Shown in pieces: positions 28,486-37,684 of a DNA stretch of 51,529 nucleotides. The stretch's first letter is position 1, and each line of letters begins with the position of its first letter. This DNA is from an uncultured Gammaproteobacteria bacterium (lineage in GTDB: Bacteria > Patescibacteriota > Patescibacteriia > CAYHVQ01): assembly GCA_964360435.1 (NCBI GenBank), contig CAYHVQ010000003.1, positions 1-51,529 on the forward strand. Reading direction: 5' to 3'. Below the pieces are notes generated by a model. That model was not told where the DNA came from and did not search any database. It worked only from the letters and a program-made list of their open reading frames with translations. The position numbers and the translations under genes are program-made.

Positions 28486-29552
28486 GTATAGCAATCCTGC
28501 CGCGCAAACGGGTTGGAGTATTTTTTGGAGGTCGCTCTTCCGAGCGTGAGGTCTCGCTTTCGGGTGGGAGAAACATCGTACAGCACATTGATATCAAGAA
28601 ATTTGATGTCCTTCCCATCTTTTGGGACGCTTCCGGAAAATTTTGGTTGATTCCAGAGACGCTGATCGTTCGGAATACTTGCAAGGAAATTGAGGATCGG
28701 CTGGAAAGTCATGGCAGACGACTTCGATCCCACGATCTTTCAAAAGAACTTGACTGCGCATTCCTTGTTACCCATGGAAAGTTTGGCGATGACGGGTGCT
28801 TACAGGGTTTTCTGGAATTTCTCCATATCCCTTACACGGGATCTGGCGTCCTTGGAGCCGCACTTGGAATGGATAAGAATCTGCAGCGCAGAATCCTCTC
28901 GGACGCGAAGATTTCCCAACCAACGTCTATCGTTGTGCGGGATTGGGAATGGGAAAATAAGAGAAATGCCGTGAACACAAAAATTGAACAGCAAATTGGA
29001 TTCCCGTGTGTGACGAAGCCGACCCGAGAGGGCTCGACAATGGGGGTTTGTGTTAATGCGGATGTGCTCGCGCTGGAGCAGGGGATGACCGTGGCTTTTC
29101 AGTATGATCGTGAAGTACTACTTGAGCCATTGATTCGCGGACGGGAATTTTCTTGCGTTGTTGTTGGTAATGAGAGCGCGCGTGCATTGATCCCAACCGA
29201 GACGATTCATGATGAAGAAATATTTACTTACGACGCAAAATACATGCCCGGAGCTTCAAAAAAAATTACACCCATGGATGTCGATTCTTCGATTTTGAAA
29301 ACAATCCAAACATTGGCTGAAAAAACTTACGAAGCATTGGAGTTTTGCGGATACGCGAGAATTGACGGATTTTTAACAACGGAGGGACGGATTTTAATCA
29401 CGGATCCGAATGGGGGAGCGAGCACAGGAATGGGACCTTCTTCCTGGACATGGCACCAAGCGGCAGAAACCGGATGGAGTCCAATGGATTTTCTTTCCCA
29501 TGTTCTAGAATTAGCGCTCGTGGCGCATCAATCTAAAAAAGGGCCTCTTTAA
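28482..29552 (+). CDS. ddl: D-alanine--D-alanine ligase family protein, paralogue 1
   Basis: FGGRSSEREVSL, HGKFGDDG, PYTGSG, FTYDAKY and RID motifs; ExN replaced by DPN. Confidence 0.85.
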   Translation: MSIAILPRKRVGVFFGGRSSEREVSLSGGRNIVQHIDIKKFDVLPIFWDASGKFWLIPETLIVRNTCKEIEDRLESHGRRLRSHDLSKELDCAFLVTHGKFGDDGCLQGFLEFLHIPYTGSGVLGAALGMDKNLQRRILSDAKISQPTSIVVRDWEWENKRNAVNTKIEQQIGFPCVTKPTREGSTMGVCVNADVLALEQGMTVAFQYDREVLLEPLIRGREFSCVVVGNESARALIPTETIHDEEIFTYDAKYMPGASKKITPMDVDSSILKTIQTLAEKTYEALEFCGYARIDGFLTTEGRILITDPNGGASTGMGPSSWTWHQAAETGWSPMDFLSHVLELALVAHQSKKGPL

Positions 29553-29554
29553 TT

Positions 29555-30607
29555 ATGAAACGCGTTGGCATTTTTTTTGGCGGATCTTCCAGCGAGCGAG
29601 AGGTGTCTCTCGAAGGCGGGCGGAATGTTTATCAAAAACTCGCACCAACCGCGGAAGAGCGAAATCCGATTTTTGTAGATTCCAAACTTTGTTTTTGGCT
29701 TCTGGACGAATCCCTTCTTCTGCAGAATACCACTGCTGACGTTGAGCGTCTTTGTGAGAAGCGCGCAAGGAGGATTGCGATGGATGACTTGCCAGGTCTC
29801 ATTGATTTTGCGTTTATCATCGGCCATGGAAAATTTATGGAGGATGGCTGCCTCCAGGGTCTGCTTGAAATCCTTCAAATCCCTTATAACGGATCCGGCG
29901 TGCTCGGCTCGGCGCTCGGCGCGGATAAGTGGGTACAGCGGCGCATCTTGCGCGCGGCAGGCATTGCGGTTCCAAAAACAGTCACTGTGACGCAAGCGGC
30001 GTGGCAGAGCCGACCTGCGGATGTAAAAGAGCAAGTAGGAGCTGAATTACAGCTTCCTGCAGTAGTTAAGCCGTCTCGCGAAGGATGCAGCACGGCAATC
30101 GGGATGATTTCGTCATGGGATCAGATGGATGCCGCTGTCGAGGATGCGCTGAAATGGGATTCCCGCATTCTCGTTGAGGAGCGGCTAATAGGGATGGAGG
30201 TAACGGTTTCCGTGCTTGGAAACCATGAGCATCGTGAGGCGTTACCGATAACAGAGACGCCGTGGGGGGAAAATAAAGGATATCTCACCCTTCAAGACAA
30301 ATTTTTGCCTGGTGGCGCGGAAATGGTCACGCCTGCACGATTATCGCCAGAACTCACAACCCGAGTCCAGCAAACTGCCGTTCGCGTTTGTGAGGTGCTT
30401 GGACTTGTCGGCTATCCCCGCATTGATTTGTTTGTCGCACCGGATGGAACGCCGGTTGTTTTAGAGGCGAATACCTTGCCTGGCATTACGCCCTCCACCA
30501 TGGTCTTTCATCAAGCAGCAGAGGTGGGAATGTCAAGTGGCCAATTTTTGAATCGAATTATTGAACTGGGTCTCGCGGCACATCAAAAAAAGCGCGGCCC
30601 GTTGTAG
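29555..30607 (+). CDS. ddl: D-alanine--D-X ligase family protein, paralogue 2
   Basis: FGGSSSEREVSL, HG..MEDG, PYNGSG, RID and EANTLPG motifs; omega loop reads LQDKF. Confidence 0.85.
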   Translation: MKRVGIFFGGSSSEREVSLEGGRNVYQKLAPTAEERNPIFVDSKLCFWLLDESLLLQNTTADVERLCEKRARRIAMDDLPGLIDFAFIIGHGKFMEDGCLQGLLEILQIPYNGSGVLGSALGADKWVQRRILRAAGIAVPKTVTVTQAAWQSRPADVKEQVGAELQLPAVVKPSREGCSTAIGMISSWDQMDAAVEDALKWDSRILVEERLIGMEVTVSVLGNHEHREALPITETPWGENKGYLTLQDKFLPGGAEMVTPARLSPELTTRVQQTAVRVCEVLGLVGYPRIDLFVAPDGTPVVLEANTLPGITPSTMVFHQAAEVGMSSGQFLNRIIELGLAAHQKKRGPL

Positions 30608-30618
30608 AAGGAGGGGAG

Positions 30619-31680
30619 ATGGCGCCTTATCACCATCAACGTTCAAAGGAGAATCCAATTGCACCCCGTTTAACGCGACGTCGTCGTCGCACGTTTTTCC
30701 TTTCACGTGAACAGATGGATAATCCGTACTTTGAACGTCAAGTTCCTCCACGGTTGGTTGCGTGGTTTCGTGTTCATCATTGGGACGTTGTTTCAATCGT
30801 CATTTGCTTGTCATTGGCGACTTCCGTGATTTGGGGAGATCGTCTCAAAATCACATCTGTTCGCGTCGAGGGTAATCGGGATCTTACAACCCAACAGATT
30901 ACGGAAATCGTTCAGCGGCAACGAAAGGAACGGGCTCTTTGGTTTTTTCCGCAATCAAACATTCTTTTTTTTGATTTGGATCAACTCCGCAACACGTTAG
31001 AGGAGAAGTATGCATTTGAGGAACTGAATTTGCGCCGAGGTGCTCCCAATCAGATCCAACTCCGCCTAAAAGAAAGGGTTCTTGGCGTGACATGGATCGC
31101 GTCTGATCGGAAGTTTTATTTGGATCTTCGAGGGATTATTTCACAGGCGCTTGATGCAAAGAAGGAACCGAATAGGCGATATCCAGAGTTCCATGACATC
31201 AATCAGTCCCAGTTGCAACTTCATAACCGAGCGCTTACCGAGCAGATGGTTCACGCAATGATTGAGATTCAAGAAAAGTGGAGGTTATGGAGTAAGGGAA
31301 CGATCGGTTATTTTACGACGCCTAAGATTACTTGTACCGAAACGGTCGAGCAGAGAAGCGTGATCCCGATTGATTACCCAACAACGCCGGAGGAGGCCGC
31401 TCAACTGAAGGAACAGGGGAATGTTGTCCTGGACGATGTTAAAAAGATTGCGTCGGTCATTCGAGTTGAAAAAATTGAAAAAGAGATTTTGTGTAAGTCA
31501 TATGATCATATTAAGGAGTTGTATGTGGTCACGACAGATGGCTGGAAGGTTTATTTCGATATAGATCAATCCATTGAAGATCAGCTCAAAAGCCTCTCAT
31601 TAACTTTACGCGAGGTCGAACGGCTCAACACGATACGTTATTTTGATCTCCGAACCCCAACACGCGTTTACTATCAGTGA
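30619..31680 (+). CDS. ftsQ: FtsQ/DivIB-like cell division protein
   Basis: Basic N-terminus, single TM, POTRA (V.VEGN...L.LKER), C-terminal YFDLR...RVYY; follows ddl; SD GGAGG present. Confidence 0.72.
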   Translation: MAPYHHQRSKENPIAPRLTRRRRRTFFLSREQMDNPYFERQVPPRLVAWFRVHHWDVVSIVICLSLATSVIWGDRLKITSVRVEGNRDLTTQQITEIVQRQRKERALWFFPQSNILFFDLDQLRNTLEEKYAFEELNLRRGAPNQIQLRLKERVLGVTWIASDRKFYLDLRGIISQALDAKKEPNRRYPEFHDINQSQLQLHNRALTEQMVHAMIEIQEKWRLWSKGTIGYFTTPKITCTETVEQRSVIPIDYPTTPEEAAQLKEQGNVVLDDVKKIASVIRVEKIEKEILCKSYDHIKELYVVTTDGWKVYFDIDQSIEDQLKSLSLTLREVERLNTIRYFDLRTPTRVYYQ

Positions 31681-31694
31681 TCAGTTAAACAAAA

Positions 31695-31728
31695 TATGAG
31701 TCGTAAAAGGTATATTGTGCGACTCATA
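31695..31728. terminator. Hairpin between convergent genes, probable bidirectional terminator
   Basis: TATGAGTCG(TA)...(TG)CGACTCATA inverted repeat flanked by A/T runs. Confidence 0.6.
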
Positions 31729-31768
31729 ATTTCTCCTGCAATAAGAATGCCTTCTTGTGGCGTTTGAC

Positions 31769-32527
31769 TCACTCCCCGTCTTGCGAGGGTTCATAAAATC
31801 GTTCCAGAAATTCTTTCCGACTAATCGTTGCGCTCTTCAGATCGCGCTCTTCACCAGCAAAATGTTCTTTTCGCACATCTTCTGGCACCTCCTCTATAAT
31901 AAACCCTGCTCGAGTGAATATCCCGGGATTTTTTCCAACAATCCAGGACGTTGCAGTAATCTCCTCAATCTCGGGATCATGATAAACAATTTTTGCAAGT
32001 TTTTTCATTCCATCTAAATAGAGCGTTCTTTTATTTGGGACGGTCGTTCCTGCAGCATGGTGTAGATGAATAATGGATCCCTTTCTGCCATACGAAACCA
32101 AACGATTAAGCGGCGTAAATCCGCTTGACTCCACCATTGCATTTGCTTGAGCTTCTTCAAGTTGAGGAGCATGAGTGACTTTCAAGTCAAAAATAGGTTC
32201 CAAGACCGTCATGACTTCATGGATAAATTTTTCTTTCCCACCTAACCCCGAGCATTGGCTTAGCCCCACAAGTATTTTTTCTTTTTCACTTTCGGAAAAA
32301 ATATTTGGATCAAGGTGCCGCACAACCGGTTCAAGAGATTGCATTAACTGCACAGTCCATTCATGAGGGTCTTCAGAACCCGCGCAGATTTGTTCTAATT
32401 TTATTCGCGCCTGATCAACAACTGCATCGCGTTTTGAAGATTCGGAAGCAGTCCCCTCATGCGAATCGACATTTTCGGCTTCCTGTGGACTGCGAACACC
32501 CATCGGCTCGGCAAATCGTTCGTTCAT
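31769..32527 (-). CDS. Hypothetical protein, possible GNAT-like/YkoP-like C-terminal domain
   Basis: 252-aa ORF filling the gap; IHLH...KKLAKIV...ITATSWIV...PGIFTRAGF pattern. Confidence 0.65.
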   Translation of the reverse strand: MNERFAEPMGVRSPQEAENVDSHEGTASESSKRDAVVDQARIKLEQICAGSEDPHEWTVQLMQSLEPVVRHLDPNIFSESEKEKILVGLSQCSGLGGKEKFIHEVMTVLEPIFDLKVTHAPQLEEAQANAMVESSGFTPLNRLVSYGRKGSIIHLHHAAGTTVPNKRTLYLDGMKKLAKIVYHDPEIEEITATSWIVGKNPGIFTRAGFIIEEVPEDVRKEHFAGEERDLKSATISRKEFLERFYEPSQDGE

Positions 32528-32553
32528 AGTAGAAGATTGTTTTGAGCTTATCT

Positions 32554-33891
32554 CTAGTTCGGCAAGTACCCGAGTGGATCAACGGGAATGCCATTGACGC
32601 GAACTTCAAAATGCAAATGCGGGCCGGTGTACAGACGTCCAACGCCTTTTGTGCCCGGTGCATAACCACTCTCCCCTATCTGCTGGCCACGGGTCACAAA
32701 TTGATCCTGGCTGACGGAGATTTCACTTAAATGTCCATAGACCGTTGAGACGCCGTCGTTATGAACGATGCTGACGTAGTTATAAGCGGGATATAAAATT
32801 TTTCCATTCTCATTCGTAATCCAATCCTTCTTGCGCGCAACCGAAACATAACCGCTTGCGCTCGCGTAAATCGGTGTTCCACCCTTGACTCCAATGTCAA
32901 TTGCCGGGTGAAGAAAGATGTAATTAAAGGGATAACTTGGATCGTGAAAGTAAGCTGTAATGCGACGGGATGTCGCCGGCCATGCAAGAACGCTGCTATT
33001 ATCGTCTTCGAATCCCCCTTTTAATGTTCCTTGCTCGATTTTTTCTCGGATCTGCCGCTCCAGTGATTGGATGTCTCCGCTCGCGCCTTGCTGCTCATCC
33101 TTCATTTGTTTGACCAGCGCCTGGAATTCTTCCTCGTTTTCCTTTGTTTCGATAAGAAGGTAGTTTTTTGCGTATCTTTGATCATCAAGCGAGCTCTTTT
33201 TTTGTTCCAGTGCTTCCTTTTTCTTCTCAACCTCCGTTTTCTTTGTGATTGTGTTTAATTTTTGGGATTCTAGGGATTTTTTGAGGACTTCAATTTTATC
33301 CAGCGTGTTGTGAAACGCGCCTCGCACATTTTCCAGCTGTCGATTTTGCATGAAAAACATTCCAAAAGATTCTTCGGTTAGGGTAATTTCCAGCGTCGTT
33401 TTTCGGGTGCGTTTGTACATCGCCACCAGCAAATCCGCCAAATCCGATTTTTTAGAACCGATTTCCTCTTTTCTTGTTTGAATGTCGGATTCCAGCTTTT
33501 CAATATCGGAGAGAAGATCGTCAATCGTTAATTCTGTTTTTTCAATATCAACTTCTGCTTTTGTAACCTGATCATTCACTACCGAGATCTCGTTTTCAAG
33601 CGTCACTTGCTCGGTGCGCTTTTGTTCAATGGATTTCTCAATGGATTTTATTTTATCATCGAGCTCTCGAACCTTTTTTTGATTTTGATCGATTTTGGAA
33701 TTTAGTTCCTGAATTTCCAGCGCGGCTTCAGGAGAGATGCTCTCACTTGTATTTGCGCTGGCATTGACATTTGCATTTGTCAGTTCTTCTGCGTCCAAAA
33801 CGGGAATGAAAAATACAAAAATCGCGAACATTAGCGTCAGCGGGAGATATTTTCTAGTACAATGCGCTATTTGTGTTCGAGGATAACCCAT
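32554..33891 (-). CDS. M23 peptidase with long coiled coil (EnvC/MepM-like)
   Basis: Signal/TM segment, about 230-aa coiled coil, H-P-A-I-D, YGHL and GPHLHFEVR zinc motifs. Confidence 0.9.
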   Translation of the reverse strand: MGYPRTQIAHCTRKYLPLTLMFAIFVFFIPVLDAEELTNANVNASANTSESISPEAALEIQELNSKIDQNQKKVRELDDKIKSIEKSIEQKRTEQVTLENEISVVNDQVTKAEVDIEKTELTIDDLLSDIEKLESDIQTRKEEIGSKKSDLADLLVAMYKRTRKTTLEITLTEESFGMFFMQNRQLENVRGAFHNTLDKIEVLKKSLESQKLNTITKKTEVEKKKEALEQKKSSLDDQRYAKNYLLIETKENEEEFQALVKQMKDEQQGASGDIQSLERQIREKIEQGTLKGGFEDDNSSVLAWPATSRRITAYFHDPSYPFNYIFLHPAIDIGVKGGTPIYASASGYVSVARKKDWITNENGKILYPAYNYVSIVHNDGVSTVYGHLSEISVSQDQFVTRGQQIGESGYAPGTKGVGRLYTGPHLHFEVRVNGIPVDPLGYLPN

Positions 33892-33921
33892 AAAATCGAG
33901 TATTTGCTCTTGATCTTATAA

Positions 33922-33950
33922 ATTATAGCGTCTTTTTTCACTCTGTGCAA
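33922..33950 (-). promoter_or_regulatory. Putative sigma70 promoter of the M23 gene
   Basis: TTGCAC-17 nt-TATAAT on the minus strand. Confidence 0.6.
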
Positions 33951-35422
33951 CATTGGATCGCCATTTGAACACGGGATATTGCCCGTCGTTTTCCAAGGAG
34001 CGACAGGGCATCAAAGGGAGATGGGGATTTTTCTTTTCCCGTAAGGCTCACGCGAAGCGGCCATAGAACATCTCCGGCTTTGAGCGAATGTTCTAAAATC
34101 CAAGCTTTTATGTCAACTTCGAGCGTCTCGGGTTCTCCGAGATCTTCGTTGGGACGCGCCTCAAGCCATTGAAGAATTGCCTGGAGCGAAGACCGCGCTG
34201 ATTGAAGATTAGATTTTTTCCATACAAGGAGAGTTGGATCATATTCTAACGCATCTTGAAGCACAAAATTTGTCTCCTCCCCCACCTCATCCAATTTCTG
34301 TACGCGTTCTTGTTCAATACGAGCCCATCGAAACTGCTGCTCGGGGGAAAGTTTCTCCAGCGACCGTGCCTTTTTTTCCAGATACGGAGTGGAAAGATCG
34401 AGGAATTCCGCTGGCAAACGCGATTTGAGATAATGGGCATTAAACCAGTTCAACCGATCAATTGAGAATACGGCACCGGATTTTTGAACGCCCGCAAGGT
34501 CGAAATGACGAATAAGCTCCTCGCGAGTGAAATACTCCTGCTCGGTTTTGGAATTCCAACCAAGCAGTGCAAGAAAATTCACCACGGCCTCCGGGAGGTA
34601 TCCTTGGGATTGGTAATCGTTAACGGAAACAGGGTTTCTACGCTTTGAGAGCTTTGTGCGATCCGTGTTCAAGAGGAGTGGAAGATGGGCATAGAACGGT
34701 GGATTTTTCGCAAATGCGCGAAACAGGAGCATTTGCTTCGGCGTATTGGAAATATGATCCTCTCCCCGGATCACATGCGTGATATTCATTGTGAGGTCGT
34801 CAATAACCACTGCAAGATTATACAGTGGCGTCTGAAGGCCGCGCGTGACTGCAAAATCTCCAAGAAGGGCGGCGTCAAAGGCTACATCTCCACGGACAAG
34901 ATCGCAAAAGGTGAGTTTTTCAGCGGGTGTTCGAAAACGGAAAATCGGTTCTCTCCCCTGCTCGCGGATAAAAGATGCGATTTCCTCATCCGATGCGTTT
35001 CGATCACGACACCGCCCGATGTAGACCGAGGGTTTTCCCACCAACTCCAGCGTTTTACGATCCGCCTCAAGCTCGTCTTTGGAACAAAAGCAAGGATAGA
35101 TCACACGTTGTTCGCGCAGGATGCGCAAGTATTGCGTGTAAATAGCCTGACGCTCCGACTGCCGATAAGGACCGTACGACCCGCCTTGAATGGGTCCTTC
35201 GTCAGGAATCATGCCAAGCCACATCAGTCCGTCAATTATATCTTTTTCGTATTTTTTGTCGGATCGAGAAACATCCGTATCCTCAATGCGAAGCACGAAC
35301 GTCCCCTGATATTTTTTTGCAAAAAGATCATTGAAGAGTGCGCTACGAGCGGTGCCGATATGTAAAAGCCCTGTGGGGGAAGGCGCAATGCGAACGCGCG
35401 GGTTGTTAATGAGAGGATTCAT
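33938..35422 (-). CDS. gltX: Glutamate--tRNA ligase
   Basis: RIAPSPTG.LHIG, LRIEDTD, RGEDH and KLSKR motifs. Confidence 0.97.
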   Translation of the reverse strand: MNPLINNPRVRIAPSPTGLLHIGTARSALFNDLFAKKYQGTFVLRIEDTDVSRSDKKYEKDIIDGLMWLGMIPDEGPIQGGSYGPYRQSERQAIYTQYLRILREQRVIYPCFCSKDELEADRKTLELVGKPSVYIGRCRDRNASDEEIASFIREQGREPIFRFRTPAEKLTFCDLVRGDVAFDAALLGDFAVTRGLQTPLYNLAVVIDDLTMNITHVIRGEDHISNTPKQMLLFRAFAKNPPFYAHLPLLLNTDRTKLSKRRNPVSVNDYQSQGYLPEAVVNFLALLGWNSKTEQEYFTREELIRHFDLAGVQKSGAVFSIDRLNWFNAHYLKSRLPAEFLDLSTPYLEKKARSLEKLSPEQQFRWARIEQERVQKLDEVGEETNFVLQDALEYDPTLLVWKKSNLQSARSSLQAILQWLEARPNEDLGEPETLEVDIKAWILEHSLKAGDVLWPLRVSLTGKEKSPSPFDALSLLGKRRAISRVQMAIQCCTE

Positions 35423-36173
35423 GCTCGCGAGAGAATAAGACTAAGAGAGGAAAGAGGATCGTTGCTCGAAAGATGCGGCTGGCACGCCAGGGCTGTTGGA
35501 TAAGACGAAAGAGCCACTCCAATCCGATCCGTCTCATCCATTTCGGTGCACGACGAACGCGGCCGGAGAGGTAATCAAACGCGCCACCAACCCCCATGGC
35601 AATTTTAACGCTTGGGAGCGCGCGCTGATGCTCGAGAATCCACCGTTCCTGCTTCCCCTGTTCTCCACGACCCGCACCCAATGCGACGAGGAGAACATCC
35701 GGCGATTTTTTTTGGATCCGTTCAATAATTTCTTGATCTGGGAGTCGTGTGCCATCAGAGCGAGTTCCGTTTTCCGTACCAAAAATTTTAAGCCGCGGAA
35801 ATCGTTGGTGAAGCACAAACGCCGCGCGTTGGGGAACATCGCCGAATCCGCCGTAGAGAAATAACGACTGGTTCCGCTCTTGGGCAATTTCCGCCAAAAG
35901 CCAAACGAAATCCGTCCCAGTCCAGCGATGCGCTATGGGGGTTCCGCGCAGGCGGGATGCAAAGAGCAGTCCAATGCCGTCGGGTAGTGAGAGGTCGGAT
36001 GCATTTAGAAGAGATTGAAAGGATGCGTCGTGATTCGCCGAAAGCAAAAATTCTGGATTCGGCGTGGTAATCAGATGAAAACCCCCGTTTTCAAAAAAAG
36101 ATTCTACGCGTTGGCGGAGTTCATGAGGAGCGAGTGCATCAATTCGAACTCCAAGGATTTGGACAGAATACAT
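35406..36173 (-). CDS. WecB/TagA/CpsF family glycosyltransferase (GT26)
   Basis: TPNPE, PDGIG, KQERWI, GVGGAFD and RAPKWM...GLEWLFRL motifs; ATG 36173 preferred. Confidence 0.92.
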   Translation of the reverse strand: MYSVQILGVRIDALAPHELRQRVESFFENGGFHLITTPNPEFLLSANHDASFQSLLNASDLSLPDGIGLLFASRLRGTPIAHRWTGTDFVWLLAEIAQERNQSLFLYGGFGDVPQRAAFVLHQRFPRLKIFGTENGTRSDGTRLPDQEIIERIQKKSPDVLLVALGAGRGEQGKQERWILEHQRALPSVKIAMGVGGAFDYLSGRVRRAPKWMRRIGLEWLFRLIQQPWRASRIFRATILFPLLVLFSREHESSH

Positions 36174-36247
36174 GGATCCATTCAGCAATAATAGCTCAAG
36201 TTTAAACTACTTTGCTGAAATATGCAACCAACCGTGGATGATTTTTC

Positions 36248-36276
36248 TTGATTTATTCAGCCTATTTTGGTATAGT
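36248..36276 (+). promoter_or_regulatory. Putative sigma70 promoter (extended -10)
   Basis: TTGATT-17 nt-TATAGT with TGG, in a divergent intergenic region. Confidence 0.6.
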
Positions 36277-36307
36277 AGTCGTGCTTAATCATGTAGATTA
36301 TTTTCGT

Positions 36308-37678
36308 ATGGGTTTTTTGAAGTCCTTGAAATTGCAGTGGTTTACACTTTTTTTTGCTGTTGTTTTCTTACTCCTCCCCTCCTCTGGACGGGCATTTAAC
36401 CTCGGCTCCTTTATTTCAGATAACGAGTTTACCAGTTTTAGCTCAATGTCCCTGGAGCGCATTCGGTCATTTTTGCGGACAAAGGGCGGAAGTGTGGCCG
36501 ACTATTACACTTCCACGGATGAGGGCGCGGTTAAGAGCGGGGCAGACATCATCTATGAAGCGGCAACGAACCATCGCATCAACCCAAAGGTATTGATCGT
36601 CAAGCTTCAGTCGGAGTCCAGTTCGGTTGTCCAGTCCCGAACTCCTGCCCAGCTTGAAGAATATGTGATGGGCTACGGGGTTTGCGATAGTTGTAGCATG
36701 GATGATCCGCGAGTCATTGCGTACAAAGGTTTTTTTAATCAGGTAGATGGTGCCGCAAACCAGCTCCGGAAATATCTAGATCGCCCGCAAAATTTCCGCT
36801 ACCGCGCAGGGATCACGGCAGACATTGATGGATCGCCTGTGACGTTTCAAAATCAAGCAAGTGCGGCGCTTATAAACTACACACCGCATGTTCACGGCAA
36901 CATTGTTTTTCACGATCTGTACACACAGTGGTTCACGCGCAAATACCCCGATGGCACGCTTCTACAAGTTCAGGGAACGCCCGGCGTATATATTGTCCAA
37001 GGGGGTCTTCTTCGCCCGTTTCACAGCCGATCCGCTTTTGTGGCAAATTACAACTACCGAGAGATTATTAAAATTTCAGCGGCAGATCTTGAACCGTATG
37101 AAAAGGGCACACCGATTAAGTTTGCAGAAGGAACTCTCCTCCAAGATAAAACCACCGGTGGAATTTATCTGTATCTTCATGGGGAAAAACGTCCCATTGC
37201 TTCGCGGGAAGTTTTCCGTCAACTCGGTTTTAATCCGGAGGAAGTAATGGCGATTGATTCGAGCGATCTTGAAACGATTCCCACCGGCGCTAAAATTACG
37301 GCTGCGGATAACTATCCCACCGGCGCGTTGATTCAATCCGCTCAAACCGGCGGCATTAAATACGTGGAAAACGGCACAGCTTTTCCCGTTTACTCAAAAG
37401 AAATCCTTAAAAATCGTTTTCCAAATAAGCGACCTCTTCGTGTGGATGCCGTACAGTTTGATGCATTCACTCCCGGCGACCCGCTGAAATTTCGCGATGG
37501 GACAATGATTACCGCACCGGGAGATCCGCGAGTGTTTCTTATTTCAAACGGACAAAAACGCCCATTCGCATCCGCAGACGCCTTCAAAGAGCTGGGATAC
37601 TCGTGGAATAACCTCATTCGAACAAATCTTGCCTCATTAGACGTTCATCCGCTTGGAGATCCCATTACGCTTGATTAA
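36308..37678 (+). CDS. Secreted protein: lysozyme/SLT-like domain plus four ~60-aa repeats
   Basis: Signal peptide from ATG 36308; INPKVLIVKLQSES motif; four GTL..vy...G..RPf.S...F repeats. Confidence 0.75.
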   Translation: MGFLKSLKLQWFTLFFAVVFLLLPSSGRAFNLGSFISDNEFTSFSSMSLERIRSFLRTKGGSVADYYTSTDEGAVKSGADIIYEAATNHRINPKVLIVKLQSESSSVVQSRTPAQLEEYVMGYGVCDSCSMDDPRVIAYKGFFNQVDGAANQLRKYLDRPQNFRYRAGITADIDGSPVTFQNQASAALINYTPHVHGNIVFHDLYTQWFTRKYPDGTLLQVQGTPGVYIVQGGLLRPFHSRSAFVANYNYREIIKISAADLEPYEKGTPIKFAEGTLLQDKTTGGIYLYLHGEKRPIASREVFRQLGFNPEEVMAIDSSDLETIPTGAKITAADNYPTGALIQSAQTGGIKYVENGTAFPVYSKEILKNRFPNKRPLRVDAVQFDAFTPGDPLKFRDGTMITAPGDPRVFLISNGQKRPFASADAFKELGYSWNNLIRTNLASLDVHPLGDPITLD

Positions 37679-37684
37679 AACGCC

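Noticed and set aside
29540-29560. The two ddl ORFs as one frameshifted fusion gene
   Set aside because: Each has its own complete N-terminal motif and a matching GPL-stop C-terminus, with no slippery run at the junction
34685-35365. 226-aa plus-strand ORF
   Set aside because: Antisense shadow of gltX
33938-35422. Calling GluRS discriminating or non-discriminating from its anticodon-domain residues
   Set aside because: The single-residue rule is unreliable; it needs the genome's glnS/gatCAB content
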